This document shows positions 16,257 through 24,924 of a stretch of 32,000 nucleotides of DNA, one piece after another. The stretch's first letter is position 1, and each line of letters begins with the position of its first letter. Location of the stretch: NCBI RefSeq assembly GCF_001017655.1, contig NZ_CP010904.1:2880001-2912000 (forward strand), written 5' to 3'. Below the pieces are notes generated by a model, which saw only the letters and a list, made by a program, of their open reading frames with translations, did not search any database and was not told the DNA's origin. The position numbers and the translations under genes are program-made. The stretch is from Kiritimatiella glycovorans (GTDB lineage Bacteria; Verrucomicrobiota; Kiritimatiellia; Kiritimatiellales; Kiritimatiellaceae).

Positions 16257-17795
16257 TCAGGTTTGCGCCCGCGCCCATGCGCGGGCGGCCTCGATCGGCC
16301 GCGTTTCGGGAACTCCCTCCGCCTCCGGGTCCCAGAAGTCGATGTACGGCTTGCCGTTGCGGTCGGCGGGATCGATGACGGCGTCCCGCAGTTCGACATA
16401 GGGCATGAAGGGGTCGTCAAAATGCGCCATCCAGTCCTGCGTGATGCGGTGCATCCGCTCCTGCGTCTCCCGGTATCCGGGCATGCCATAGAGATTGTTC
16501 AGGCACTGCGGATCGCGTCTCCGGTCGTAGAGTGCGTTGGTATCGTGCGGCCACCCTCCGGGGCCGCGGTAGCGCGGGTCGTACGAATAGATCCAGTCGC
16601 GCGTCGCCGCGCCCCGCCACTCGGTGCAGGAACACATGAACATCGGGACCGAAGCCCGGTCGTCGCCGTCGCCGCCGCGAAGCAACGCCTGCGAAAGATC
16701 GCGGCCGTGGCAGCTCGGCGGCGGCGAGACCCCCATCAGCGAGAGCAGCGTCGGCATGATATCCAGCGTCCCGAACGGGAGATCGGTCCGTTCGCCGGGC
16801 CGGAACCGACCCGGCCAGCGGATCATGAACGGAACCTGCGACGACTGGGATTCGGCGTGTGATTTGATGAAATAGCGCCCGTCCTGCTTTTTGAGCATAT
16901 CGCCGTGGTCGGCGGTGTAGACGACGATGGTGTCCTCGTCCATGCCCCGCTCCCTGAGCTTGTCCATCAGCATCCCGAAACAGTCGTCGATGCTGCTGAC
17001 CAGGGCCATATAGCCGTGCATCATCCGGCGGTTTTCCTCCGTGTCCGGCGTACCCTCACGGACGCGGACGGCCTCGTACTCGTAGCGGTCGAGATACTCG
17101 CGCGGTGCGCTGTAGGCGTAGTCATGATCCGGACTTCGGGTGCGGTGATTATGCGGCGGATGCCACGAGACGAAGAGGGTCCACGGCTCGTCCGCCTTGA
17201 CCCGGTCGAGAAAGTCGAGCGCCTGGCCGGTCTGCCCGAACGGCTCCCACTCACCGAATTTGATCCGCTCCCCGCTCTCGGGATGGAAGTAGAAGGCGTT
17301 GCCCGGCGTGTAGTTCAGATCGCAGTTGTTCGTGAGGAACAGGTCGTCGAACCCGTAGCGAAAAGGGCCGGCGGGAACCGGCTGATACCAGTACCCCCCA
17401 TAGAGGTGCCATTTGCCCACATAGGCGGTGGTGTAGCCCCGGCGTTTGAGGACCTCGGCAAAGTAGTCCCCGTTCCCGGGGCGCATCTGCACGCAGTTGT
17501 CGAAGGCGCCATTGTGGAGCGGGTGCTGACCGCTCAGGAGCGCGCCGCGCATCGGCGTGCAGAGGGGGGAGATCGAGAAGCAGCTGTCAAGGCTGAGCCC
17601 CTCGCGCGAAAAGGCGTCGAAGCGGGGTGTCTTCACCTGTTCACACCCGTTGCATCCCAGTATGTCGTACGAGTGCTGATCGGCGAACACGAACAGCAGA
17701 TTCGGCCTCTTCTTCATGCTCCCCCCCGCTCCCGCGCGCGCAGCGAGCCCGAGTCCGGCCGCCGTGCTTTTTTGTATGAAGGTTCTCCGTCGCAT
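16257..17795 (-). CDS. formylglycine-dependent sulfatase with twin-arginine signal
   Basis: MRRRTFIQKSTAAGLGLAARA signal. CxPxR maturation motif in SPLCTPMRGALLSG. ATG 17795 preferred because GGGAG lies 4 nt upstream; the track uses GTG 17801. Confidence 0.9.
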   Translation of the reverse strand: MRRRTFIQKSTAAGLGLAARAGAGGSMKKRPNLLFVFADQHSYDILGCNGCEQVKTPRFDAFSREGLSLDSCFSISPLCTPMRGALLSGQHPLHNGAFDNCVQMRPGNGDYFAEVLKRRGYTTAYVGKWHLYGGYWYQPVPAGPFRYGFDDLFLTNNCDLNYTPGNAFYFHPESGERIKFGEWEPFGQTGQALDFLDRVKADEPWTLFVSWHPPHNHRTRSPDHDYAYSAPREYLDRYEYEAVRVREGTPDTEENRRMMHGYMALVSSIDDCFGMLMDKLRERGMDEDTIVVYTADHGDMLKKQDGRYFIKSHAESQSSQVPFMIRWPGRFRPGERTDLPFGTLDIMPTLLSLMGVSPPPSCHGRDLSQALLRGGDGDDRASVPMFMCSCTEWRGAATRDWIYSYDPRYRGPGGWPHDTNALYDRRRDPQCLNNLYGMPGYRETQERMHRITQDWMAHFDDPFMPYVELRDAVIDPADRNGKPYIDFWDPEAEGVPETRPIEAARAWARAQT

Positions 17796-17901
17796 CAGCA
17801 CTCCCGTGAACTTGTCCCGCCCATTTCTGTGCGTGTATACTGGACGATGCGTCCGGAATCCGGAATGGACAGATGTCCGAGATTCATGTCATTTTGTCCA
17901 C

Positions 17902-18771
17902 ATGGCGCGGGAACGCACATACGCCGAAATTGAATTTCGCGGCTACGAGTCGGTCGATTTCGGGCTGGACCGCGAAAATCGCCCCCCGAATCTCATCTAT
18001 CATTTCACGCGGCAGCACCGGGGACCTCACATGCGGATCCGGACACGGGACCGCATGGGCTTCTGCGCGGCGCTGATCACCGACGGCGAGGCGGTCTTCC
18101 GGCATCTGGGCCGCGAGGCCCCGCTTCAGCGCGGATCGGTCTTTCTGCGACGCCCGAACGAGCCCTACGAATTTTTCAAGCGGGACCCGCACGATCTGCA
18201 TCTGATCATGATCATGTTCGACCCCGCGATCGACCGCGTGTGGGATGATCTGATCGATCCGGGAAGGATCGCGGTACAGCTCTGTGATGCGGGCGAGGTT
18301 ATCGATTTCACCTCGACGTTTTTCGATCTGCTGCAACGAACGTCGGACGACCGGATCACGCTGGCCAACCCCTTTGCCGAACTCTTTCTGCGCACCGTGC
18401 TCGGCGAAGACCTGAGGGGTCATTCTCAGGCGGACGGGGAGCGGTGGCGCACGGAACGCTGCCTGCGCTATGTGAAGAAGCATTACCGCGAACTGCGCAG
18501 CATCGAGGAAATCGCCGGGGCCTGCGGCTGCAGCAGGAGCCGACTCTACACCCTGTTCGGGAAACACGCGGACTGCACACCCAAAGAGTACCTGGAACGG
18601 CTCAAGATCCGCAGCGCCTGCGATTTCCTGATGCGTACCGACTGGACGCTCGAGCACATCGCCGGGGAAGTCGGTTATGCCGACGGTCCCACGTTCTCCA
18701 AAGCGTTTAAACGACGCACCGGCACCTCCCCGAAAGGATGGCGTCAGCGCATCCGGTCCCTGGCCCATTAG
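17902..18771 (+). CDS. AraC-family transcriptional regulator
   Basis: C-terminal double HTH (IEEIAGACGCSRSRLYTLF .. IAGEVGYADGPTFSKAFKRRTG). Start trimmed to ATG 17902. Divergent from the sulfatase gene. Confidence 0.85.
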   Translation: MARERTYAEIEFRGYESVDFGLDRENRPPNLIYHFTRQHRGPHMRIRTRDRMGFCAALITDGEAVFRHLGREAPLQRGSVFLRRPNEPYEFFKRDPHDLHLIMIMFDPAIDRVWDDLIDPGRIAVQLCDAGEVIDFTSTFFDLLQRTSDDRITLANPFAELFLRTVLGEDLRGHSQADGERWRTERCLRYVKKHYRELRSIEEIAGACGCSRSRLYTLFGKHADCTPKEYLERLKIRSACDFLMRTDWTLEHIAGEVGYADGPTFSKAFKRRTGTSPKGWRQRIRSLAH

Positions 18772-18827
18772 GAGCGGGGCCGCGTCCGTCACCCCTGAGT
18801 TCCACATGGGGACACCCGGGGGAATAT

Positions 18828-19062
18828 CGTACTCGTACTCGAATTCCTTGAACAGGGGGAGTGGGATCGCGCCAGCGATTCTCATTATGGCTTCACCCTT
18901 TTCGGTCGGGGTGGCACCCGACCCTCCCAATGCCCAAAAAGGCGTCGGATATCGACTCGGGAGGGACGGCTGCCACGCCGTCCGCGGTCGGAATGCGGCC
19001 ATAATGAGAACTGCTGGGATCGCGCCTTCGGCGCTCCGAGTACGCGTACGAGCAGGAGTACG
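18828..19062. repeat. mosaic palindromic repeat, copy C, split by the MITE
   Basis: Arm CGTACTCGTACTC (18828-18840) faces GAGTACGCGTACG (19038-19050). GAATTCCTTGAA and GGCGCGATCCC/GCGCC-TTC-GGCGC match copy D in the opposite orientation. Confidence 0.75.
18874..19015. mobile_element. 142-bp MITE-like element, copy 2
   Basis: Same 142 bp as 2341-2482, with a few central substitutions. Flanked by a perfect 11-bp direct repeat GGGATCGCGCC (18863-18873 and 19016-19026). Confidence 0.8.
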
Positions 19063-19135
19063 AAAACGGCGGACGGCCTTCTGCTGTACTGCAGAATCCC
19101 TACCCTCACGCACGGGTTCGGCTTGCGTCTCTCGG

Positions 19136-20083
19136 TTAGGGCGTGCTCTCCGAGCGCGCTGCCGGGAACGGCAGCGACATCCCGCCGTCATCGTCCGCGG
19201 GGAAATCGTCGAGTCCGTGTCGTTCGTCTTCCGAGCGGCGGTAGGCCGTGGGGGTGACGCCGGTGATCTCCCGGAACAGCTGCGAGAAGTAATTGCTGTC
19301 ATTGAATCCCGAAGCGTAGGCGGCCTCGGTCACCGTGCAGCGCCGCTCGCGCAGCAGCGAAGCGGCATGTTCGATCCTGAGCCGCCGGAGGTATTGGGTC
19401 GGGGTGGTATCGAGGGCCTCCCGGAAGAGCCGCTGGAGGGTCCGCACCGACGTGTGCTCCGCATCGGCGAGTTCCCGGACCGAGAGCGGATTCCGGAAAT
19501 GCTCTTCCATAAAACCGATGGCGCGGCTGATCCTGAGCAGGGCTTCCGACGAGGGTTCCTCCTGTTCCTCGTAGCAGCGGCCGAGGAAGGCGGCGAGTTG
19601 CATGAAGCGTCCGAACGCGGCCACGCGAAAGCCGGGGCGTTCTTCCTCCAGTTCCTCGTTTAATGCGCGCAGGTGGATCAGGGCCTCATGGAGGCGGTGG
19701 GCGGTGAGGTGCAGCCGGCCGCGGAATTCATTGCGCTCCCGCGCCGCGGGCTCCAGCGCGAAGAGCGCCCGGAAGCCGGGCAGGTCGCGCGCGTCCCAGT
19801 TCGCCATGCCCATGTGATCGAAGTCGTAGAGCACGTTGTACAGGGTGACCCCTTCCATATCGCGATAGGCGTGGCGCATCCCGCGGGGCACCACGAACAC
19901 GTCGCCTGCTGCGAACCCGTAGTCCGTGCCGCCCGCTTCGTGTCGGCCCTCTCCGCAGGCGATCAGCACGAGTTCATCGAACTCGTGCGCGTGCGGCTCC
20001 ATGTCGGGATGCTCCGTCTCCACGGCACACGCGAGAGGAGATTCGCGGAACAGATCGAGATACGCGCGGTCAAAGTGCATCAC
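19136..20083 (-). CDS. AraC-family regulator with N-terminal cupin sensor domain (RhaS/RhaR-like architecture)
   Basis: Cupin motif HAHEFDELVLI..GDVFVVPRGMRHAY, followed by a C-terminal AraC HTH. Confidence 0.9.
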   Translation of the reverse strand: MMHFDRAYLDLFRESPLACAVETEHPDMEPHAHEFDELVLIACGEGRHEAGGTDYGFAAGDVFVVPRGMRHAYRDMEGVTLYNVLYDFDHMGMANWDARDLPGFRALFALEPAARERNEFRGRLHLTAHRLHEALIHLRALNEELEEERPGFRVAAFGRFMQLAAFLGRCYEEQEEPSSEALLRISRAIGFMEEHFRNPLSVRELADAEHTSVRTLQRLFREALDTTPTQYLRRLRIEHAASLLRERRCTVTEAAYASGFNDSNYFSQLFREITGVTPTAYRRSEDERHGLDDFPADDDGGMSLPFPAARSESTP

Positions 20084-20100
20084 GGGTTGATTCTAACCTC

Positions 20101-20778
20101 TTACGCGAAACATTCAATGCCGTCCATGATCAGCCTGAGCGGCTCGCCCCAGCGCCGGTATCCGTCCGGCGGCTCGAAGAAAAACATAATGAACTCGAAC
20201 GCCGCATCGTCGATCGAACCGCGATCGTCGTCCTCCCGCCCGGTGCGCATCATCGCGTCGCGTTCCAGGTCGACCTCGTAGGGGATCCACCCGCTTCCCC
20301 CGGGCGGCAGGGGTTTCGCTCCCGAATCGTGGGGTCGGCCCGGCCTGCTCTCCGCGCCGCCGGAGGAGCCGTAATACGGCGCGCGCCACACTTTCCTTTT
20401 TGTCGTCCGCAGCACCGATCTGAAATAGACGGGGTGTTCCGGTCCGTTCGGATTGAACAGGGCGGTGCGCAGGCGCGTGAAATGGACCGGCGAAAGATCC
20501 CAGAACAGGGTAGCCCGCCTGAAACGCTTCGAGAACCGGAGGGTCATTTCGAGCGAGCGCGCTCCGCGTCGCGAGGGGGATTTGACGCGCCGCCATCCGG
20601 TCAGGTCGTGCATGTGGCGGAGGTAGAGGTCGAGACCGCCGGGCGGGGTGAAGAAATCCGAGAAGACCGGGCGTTCCTCCGCAGCAAAGCTCCCTGCAGC
20701 CGCCGCCGCGGCACATCCCATCGTCATCAGGCTCTTCCTCCGGCTCATGGTTCTTTCGGGCCGATCGGTCATGCTCAT
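20101..20778 (-). CDS. hypothetical secreted protein (Tat/Sec-like signal), last enzyme-side gene of the GH13 operon
   Basis: 225 aa. SRRKSLMTMGCAAAAAAGSFA signal-like N-terminus. ATGA start/stop overlap with the upstream 743-aa gene. No family recognised. Confidence 0.55.
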   Translation of the reverse strand: MSMTDRPERTMSRRKSLMTMGCAAAAAAGSFAAEERPVFSDFFTPPGGLDLYLRHMHDLTGWRRVKSPSRRGARSLEMTLRFSKRFRRATLFWDLSPVHFTRLRTALFNPNGPEHPVYFRSVLRTTKRKVWRAPYYGSSGGAESRPGRPHDSGAKPLPPGGSGWIPYEVDLERDAMMRTGREDDDRGSIDDAAFEFIMFFFEPPDGYRRWGEPLRLIMDGIECFA

Positions 20779-23006
20779 TCTCCCACCCGGTGCAGTACGC
20801 CGTCCGGGCTCAGTATCCAGCGTCCTTCCGCGGGAATCCGCCAGTGCGTCTTCCCGTTCGCTTCGCTCGAGGCTGCCTCTTCGCGACCGCGTTCAATCCG
20901 CAGGGCGTACTCCTCCCCCGCGTAGCGGTACGCACGGATCCCGGCGTAGTTCCATTCCGCCGGCAGAGCGGGCGTGATAAGCAGTCCCTGCGCGGCGGGA
21001 CGCAGTCCGAGGATCCCGTTGACGAAAAAAAGAGGGACCAGGCCCGATTCGGGGAATTCGCGGAGTATGCCGAGCAGGTGGGTACTCCCATGCTGATTGC
21101 AGGGTTGGCGGCGGAGCTGGTCCTGATGAAATTCCTCGAGGATTGCCTCCATGCGGCGCATCGCATCGCCGATCCCGCGAACCCGCAACCGCGACATCAG
21201 ATCGTAGTAAGAGACATAAAAGATGACGCCGCCGTTCTGAATCTGCCTGCCGTATTCACCGATTTCACCTTCGCCGACCTTCATCGTCCAGTTGTCCCAC
21301 CACGTCGGTCGCACGGCCTCCGCCGCCAGCGTGTTCGCGCGGGGGGCGATGCGAAAGTGATAGATGTCGCTTCCCGTAGAGGTGTCGCCCTCGACGATTC
21401 TTTCGCCGTCCAGCCATTCGAGCACGGCTTCGGCGTGTTCGTCGGAAGCCACGCCGGTGGCGACCGCCTCAAGGTTCACGAAGCTGAATCCGTAATCGTG
21501 GCGATTCCCTTCCCGGTCGACCGCGCCGATGAAACGGCCGCGCTCTTCGGACCAGAAGATCTCGTTGAAGCGTTCGCGAACGAGGCGGCTCAGGGCGTGG
21601 TACTCCTCCGCTTCCGTACTCCGGCCGAGCGCGTGTTCGAGCCTCGCCATCCAGAGGAGCGAATCGTAGAAGCGGGCATTCGCGTAGGCGGACTGATAGC
21701 CGAAGCGCCACCCGTCCCAGTAGTTGCTGCTGCGCCCGTGCACCGTGCCGTCGTTTTCGGGGTCCTTGATCGTCAATACGCCGGAGCGGCCGTCCATGGA
21801 CTCCACCTGGAAGGTCATGGCGCGTCTCATCCGCTCGAGCTGGGTCGGTTCGCCGGGGCCGGCGCGCTGCTCCAGAAACGCGCGATCGAGATTGGTGAGA
21901 TACCACCGCGCGAGACCGGCGATATAGATCGCGGGCGTAACGTAATGCTTCGAGTGGCCCAGGTGGCGGAAGCTGTTCGGGGCGACGCCGAGAAACCCGT
22001 TTTCGTCCTGGGGATAGGTGGTGACGATCTCCTCGTAAAATGCGCGGTCGTGCTCCCGCGCGGTCCAGGCCAGCTTCATCGCGTTCCAGTGCGCCCAGAT
22101 GGTGCTCCCGATGCCCGTCATCCCTCCGCAGTCCGGACGATCGGTGGGCCACCAGCCCGAAAAATTCCCGTGCACCTCCGCATCCGCCGTGCCGTAGATC
22201 GTCCACAGGTTGTTCCAGTCCGCGCGGACCTGCGCCGGCGCGTCCATCTCGAAGAGCGTATGTTCGTCGCCCCGCGCCCGCATTGCGCCCAGCCGCAGGG
22301 CGAAGGCCCCGTTTTCGAGTTCCGGAGGGCGGGGGGTCATGACGCGCACGCCGCGCACAGCGAGCCGGTGCAGGGGGATGCGTACGGTACGGCCGTCGGG
22401 ATCGGGGAAGTGCACGAAGCGCGCCGAAGGCACGGGATACCAGGTGGCGCCGCGGTCCGTGCAGTACTGCACCTCGAAATCCGGCGGGAACGGGTGGTCG
22501 GGATGCGCGTCGAGTTCCAGCGCGTCCAGCGCCACCACGCGGTCGAACCAGAGGCCGCTGCACTGCACCGCATACGGCGACTGCGACGCTTTCGGATCGG
22601 GACCCTGTTCCGCCGGTCCGTCCAGCGTATCGTGGTGAAAGGACGCCGCGTCCCCGATCGCCCGGGTTTCCGCAACGGAACGCCCGCGGACACGGAACGT
22701 GCGGGAAGGCGACTCGTAAATGCGTCCTGAAAGGCTGACGGCGCGCGGCGTCACTTCGTACACCCCCGGTTCTGCCCAGGAGAGCGAAAGGCGCGGCGCG
22801 GACGTGCCCGCGCCGCGCGCGGTGGTGCACAAGGTTCCGTCGCCGCGGTCAACCGCGTAATAGACCATCTCTTCGCTGCCGCAGGGTTCCGGCTTGAAAA
22901 CAGCGCGTTCGCCGCAGCGCACGGTTTTGAGTTCCATGGCTTCCGTCTCTACCGCCAGAACCGCCGCCAAGACGGCCAGCATGACGATCGGTTTATGCAA
23001 TTTCAT
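20775..23006 (-). CDS. secreted multidomain glycoside-hydrolase-like protein (beta-sandwich domains plus an (alpha/alpha)6 six-hairpin-like domain)
   Basis: 743 aa with a signal peptide (MKLHKPIVMLAVLAAVLA). The central and C-terminal regions (YWDGWRFGYQSAYANARFY, GILGLRP..LLITPALPAEW) resemble GH15/GH63/GH78-type six-hairpin enzymes. The family cannot be assigned by eye. Confidence 0.65.
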   Translation of the reverse strand: MKLHKPIVMLAVLAAVLAVETEAMELKTVRCGERAVFKPEPCGSEEMVYYAVDRGDGTLCTTARGAGTSAPRLSLSWAEPGVYEVTPRAVSLSGRIYESPSRTFRVRGRSVAETRAIGDAASFHHDTLDGPAEQGPDPKASQSPYAVQCSGLWFDRVVALDALELDAHPDHPFPPDFEVQYCTDRGATWYPVPSARFVHFPDPDGRTVRIPLHRLAVRGVRVMTPRPPELENGAFALRLGAMRARGDEHTLFEMDAPAQVRADWNNLWTIYGTADAEVHGNFSGWWPTDRPDCGGMTGIGSTIWAHWNAMKLAWTAREHDRAFYEEIVTTYPQDENGFLGVAPNSFRHLGHSKHYVTPAIYIAGLARWYLTNLDRAFLEQRAGPGEPTQLERMRRAMTFQVESMDGRSGVLTIKDPENDGTVHGRSSNYWDGWRFGYQSAYANARFYDSLLWMARLEHALGRSTEAEEYHALSRLVRERFNEIFWSEERGRFIGAVDREGNRHDYGFSFVNLEAVATGVASDEHAEAVLEWLDGERIVEGDTSTGSDIYHFRIAPRANTLAAEAVRPTWWDNWTMKVGEGEIGEYGRQIQNGGVIFYVSYYDLMSRLRVRGIGDAMRRMEAILEEFHQDQLRRQPCNQHGSTHLLGILREFPESGLVPLFFVNGILGLRPAAQGLLITPALPAEWNYAGIRAYRYAGEEYALRIERGREEAASSEANGKTHWRIPAEGRWILSPDGVLHRVGE

Positions 23007-24627
23007 ATACGCCGTAGGTGCGGGGCGGAACCTTCATACTCAACACCCGGTCGCGCAGATCCAGCGGCCCGGCGGGTAAGGCCGCGCCGTGCCTCCCCGA
23101 CCGGAGGCCGGCGCGGTACGGCCGCCGCCGTTTTCCGAGCACCCCGGAAAGGTCCAGCCGCATGCCCCGCCCGCGCGCATCGCCGTTCACCACCACCAGC
23201 AGGACCTGGCCGCCGCCCCGCCGGAGATATACGTACAACGGATCACGGGTGCGAGCCCGCAGCGTGATCTTTTCCGCCGCGCTCGACAAGGCCGGCGCGG
23301 TTCTGCGAAGTGCGATCAGCGCCTTCACTTCCTGCAATACCGAGCCCCCTTCTTTCAATTGATTTTCCACGTTTCTTCGCCGCCAGTCCGGGTGCAGAGG
23401 AAGATAGAGATCGCGCTTGCGCGCCTCGCTGAAGCCCGCGTTGCGGCCCGCGTTCCAGGGCATCGGACAACGGTACGGGGCCTTGAACGACGCCCCTTCG
23501 TGGGAGGGGGCGGCGGGATTGACTTCGAGGCCGATCTCGTCGCCGTAATACAGAAACGGAACCACGTTGCTGGTGAGGTTGATCGCCAGCGCCAGCATCG
23601 TCAGGTCGTCGTCGCCGCAGCTTCCCGTACTCGGGCGGGGAAGGTCGTGGCTCCCGGTCTGCATGGCGATCGCTCCGTCCGACCGCCGGAGATTTCCGGT
23701 CTGCAGGTGGAGGTGCCGGTCGAACTCCACCGGATCGTGCGCCTCGCCGTCGCGGATAAACTGCCGGTTTTCGGAAAACAGCGTGTCCCGCGGGGTCGAG
23801 ATCATGCAGAAGTTCTTGGTGAACTGCAGATGGAAGCCGAGTTCGTTGACCGCCTCCGACGCATCGTCCCACATCTCCGCGACCATCACACGGTCCCCGT
23901 AGGCGTCGACCGCCTCCCGGATGTAATTCCAGAAGGCGCGGTTGAGACCGGGCTCGTGACAGCAGGCCTTGGTGCCCACGCAGTTGGGCACATCGCACCG
24001 GAACCCGTCCGCTCCCTGGTCCAGCCAGTAACAGACCACGTGGCGCATCTGCTCCCAGAGCCGCTTTACGCCCGGGTCGTCCGGCGAATTGCCGTACCCG
24101 TCCCGGAGCACGGGGAGTCCGAAGTTGAGATCGACCTGATCCTGATGAAATGTGGACAGCACGCTGTCGTGTCGCCCCTCGAGATTCGTCAGCCACTTCC
24201 CCGGAAGCGCGGCGGCATTCCACGCGTTGAAGTTCCATACGTACCAGTTCGAGTACGGGTTCTTTTCCATCCGGCGCGATTCGAGGAACCACGGGTGCCG
24301 GCGGGAGGTGTGATTCAGCACCAGGTCGAGAATCACGCGCATGCCGCGGTCGTGGGCCCTGCCGACGAGCCTGCGAAAGTCCTCCCGGGTACCGTACCGG
24401 GGATGAATGCGATAGTAGTCCGTGACGTCGTACCCGGCATCGAGCATCGGCGACTCGAAAATCGGGTTCAGCCACAGCGCGTCAACCCCCAGGTCCGCGA
24501 GATAATCCAGCTTGCTTTCGATCCCCTTCAGATCTCCGATGCCATCCCCGTCCGAGTCGCAGAAGGTCTGGGGATATATCTGATAAAAAACCGCATCCAG
24601 ATACCATGGACGTGCTTTCCGAGCCAT
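22993..24627 (-). CDS. GH13 alpha-glucosidase / oligo-1,6-glucosidase-like enzyme
   Basis: All four GH13 regions are present: VILDLVLNHTS, DGFRCDVPN, MVAEMW, GSHDLPR. No signal peptide. Confidence 0.9.
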   Translation of the reverse strand: MARKARPWYLDAVFYQIYPQTFCDSDGDGIGDLKGIESKLDYLADLGVDALWLNPIFESPMLDAGYDVTDYYRIHPRYGTREDFRRLVGRAHDRGMRVILDLVLNHTSRRHPWFLESRRMEKNPYSNWYVWNFNAWNAAALPGKWLTNLEGRHDSVLSTFHQDQVDLNFGLPVLRDGYGNSPDDPGVKRLWEQMRHVVCYWLDQGADGFRCDVPNCVGTKACCHEPGLNRAFWNYIREAVDAYGDRVMVAEMWDDASEAVNELGFHLQFTKNFCMISTPRDTLFSENRQFIRDGEAHDPVEFDRHLHLQTGNLRRSDGAIAMQTGSHDLPRPSTGSCGDDDLTMLALAINLTSNVVPFLYYGDEIGLEVNPAAPSHEGASFKAPYRCPMPWNAGRNAGFSEARKRDLYLPLHPDWRRRNVENQLKEGGSVLQEVKALIALRRTAPALSSAAEKITLRARTRDPLYVYLRRGGGQVLLVVVNGDARGRGMRLDLSGVLGKRRRPYRAGLRSGRHGAALPAGPLDLRDRVLSMKVPPRTYGVYEIA

Positions 24628-24726
24628 GTTTGAACCGCCTCTCCCCGTTCCTGCGCAACCGCCTGATCCGATCCCCCGCTTAAAATCGGGCCGATTGAAG
24701 CGGAAACTAAGCGATAAATAAAGTCT

Positions 24727-24755
24727 TTGTTACTTTGCAGAAAATATAGTAACAA
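24727..24755. promoter_or_regulatory. candidate operator: perfect 8-bp inverted repeat
   Basis: TTGTTACT (24727-24734), 13 nt, AGTAACAA (24748-24755), in the AT-rich divergent control region. Confidence 0.3.
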
Positions 24756-24810
24756 TGGACCGGCTTTTTGTGCACGGCCAGAATATCCGGCTCTGCCGCA
24801 GAGCGTGCGC

Positions 24811-24842
24811 ACGAAATGTTGAAACGAAATGATAATAACATT
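24811..24842. promoter_or_regulatory. candidate regulator-binding repeats
   Basis: Direct repeat ACGAAATG at 24811-24818 and 24824-31. Inverted repeat AATGTT (24815-24820) / AACATT (24837-24842). Confidence 0.25.
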
Positions 24843-24924
24843 GCACTTTATATATCAATAAGTTTTATTCTTCTCCGAAAGCGGGAACGTGACGGATTCC
24901 CGCCTTAAACGCGAGAGGAGACTC

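Noticed and set aside
20114-20716. Alternative 200-aa frame overlapping the 225-aa hypothetical gene.
   Set aside because: The 20101-20778 frame has a signal-like N-terminus and an ATGA overlap with the upstream gene. The alternative is Arg/Gly/Pro-rich with no start context. The choice remains unverified without conservation data.
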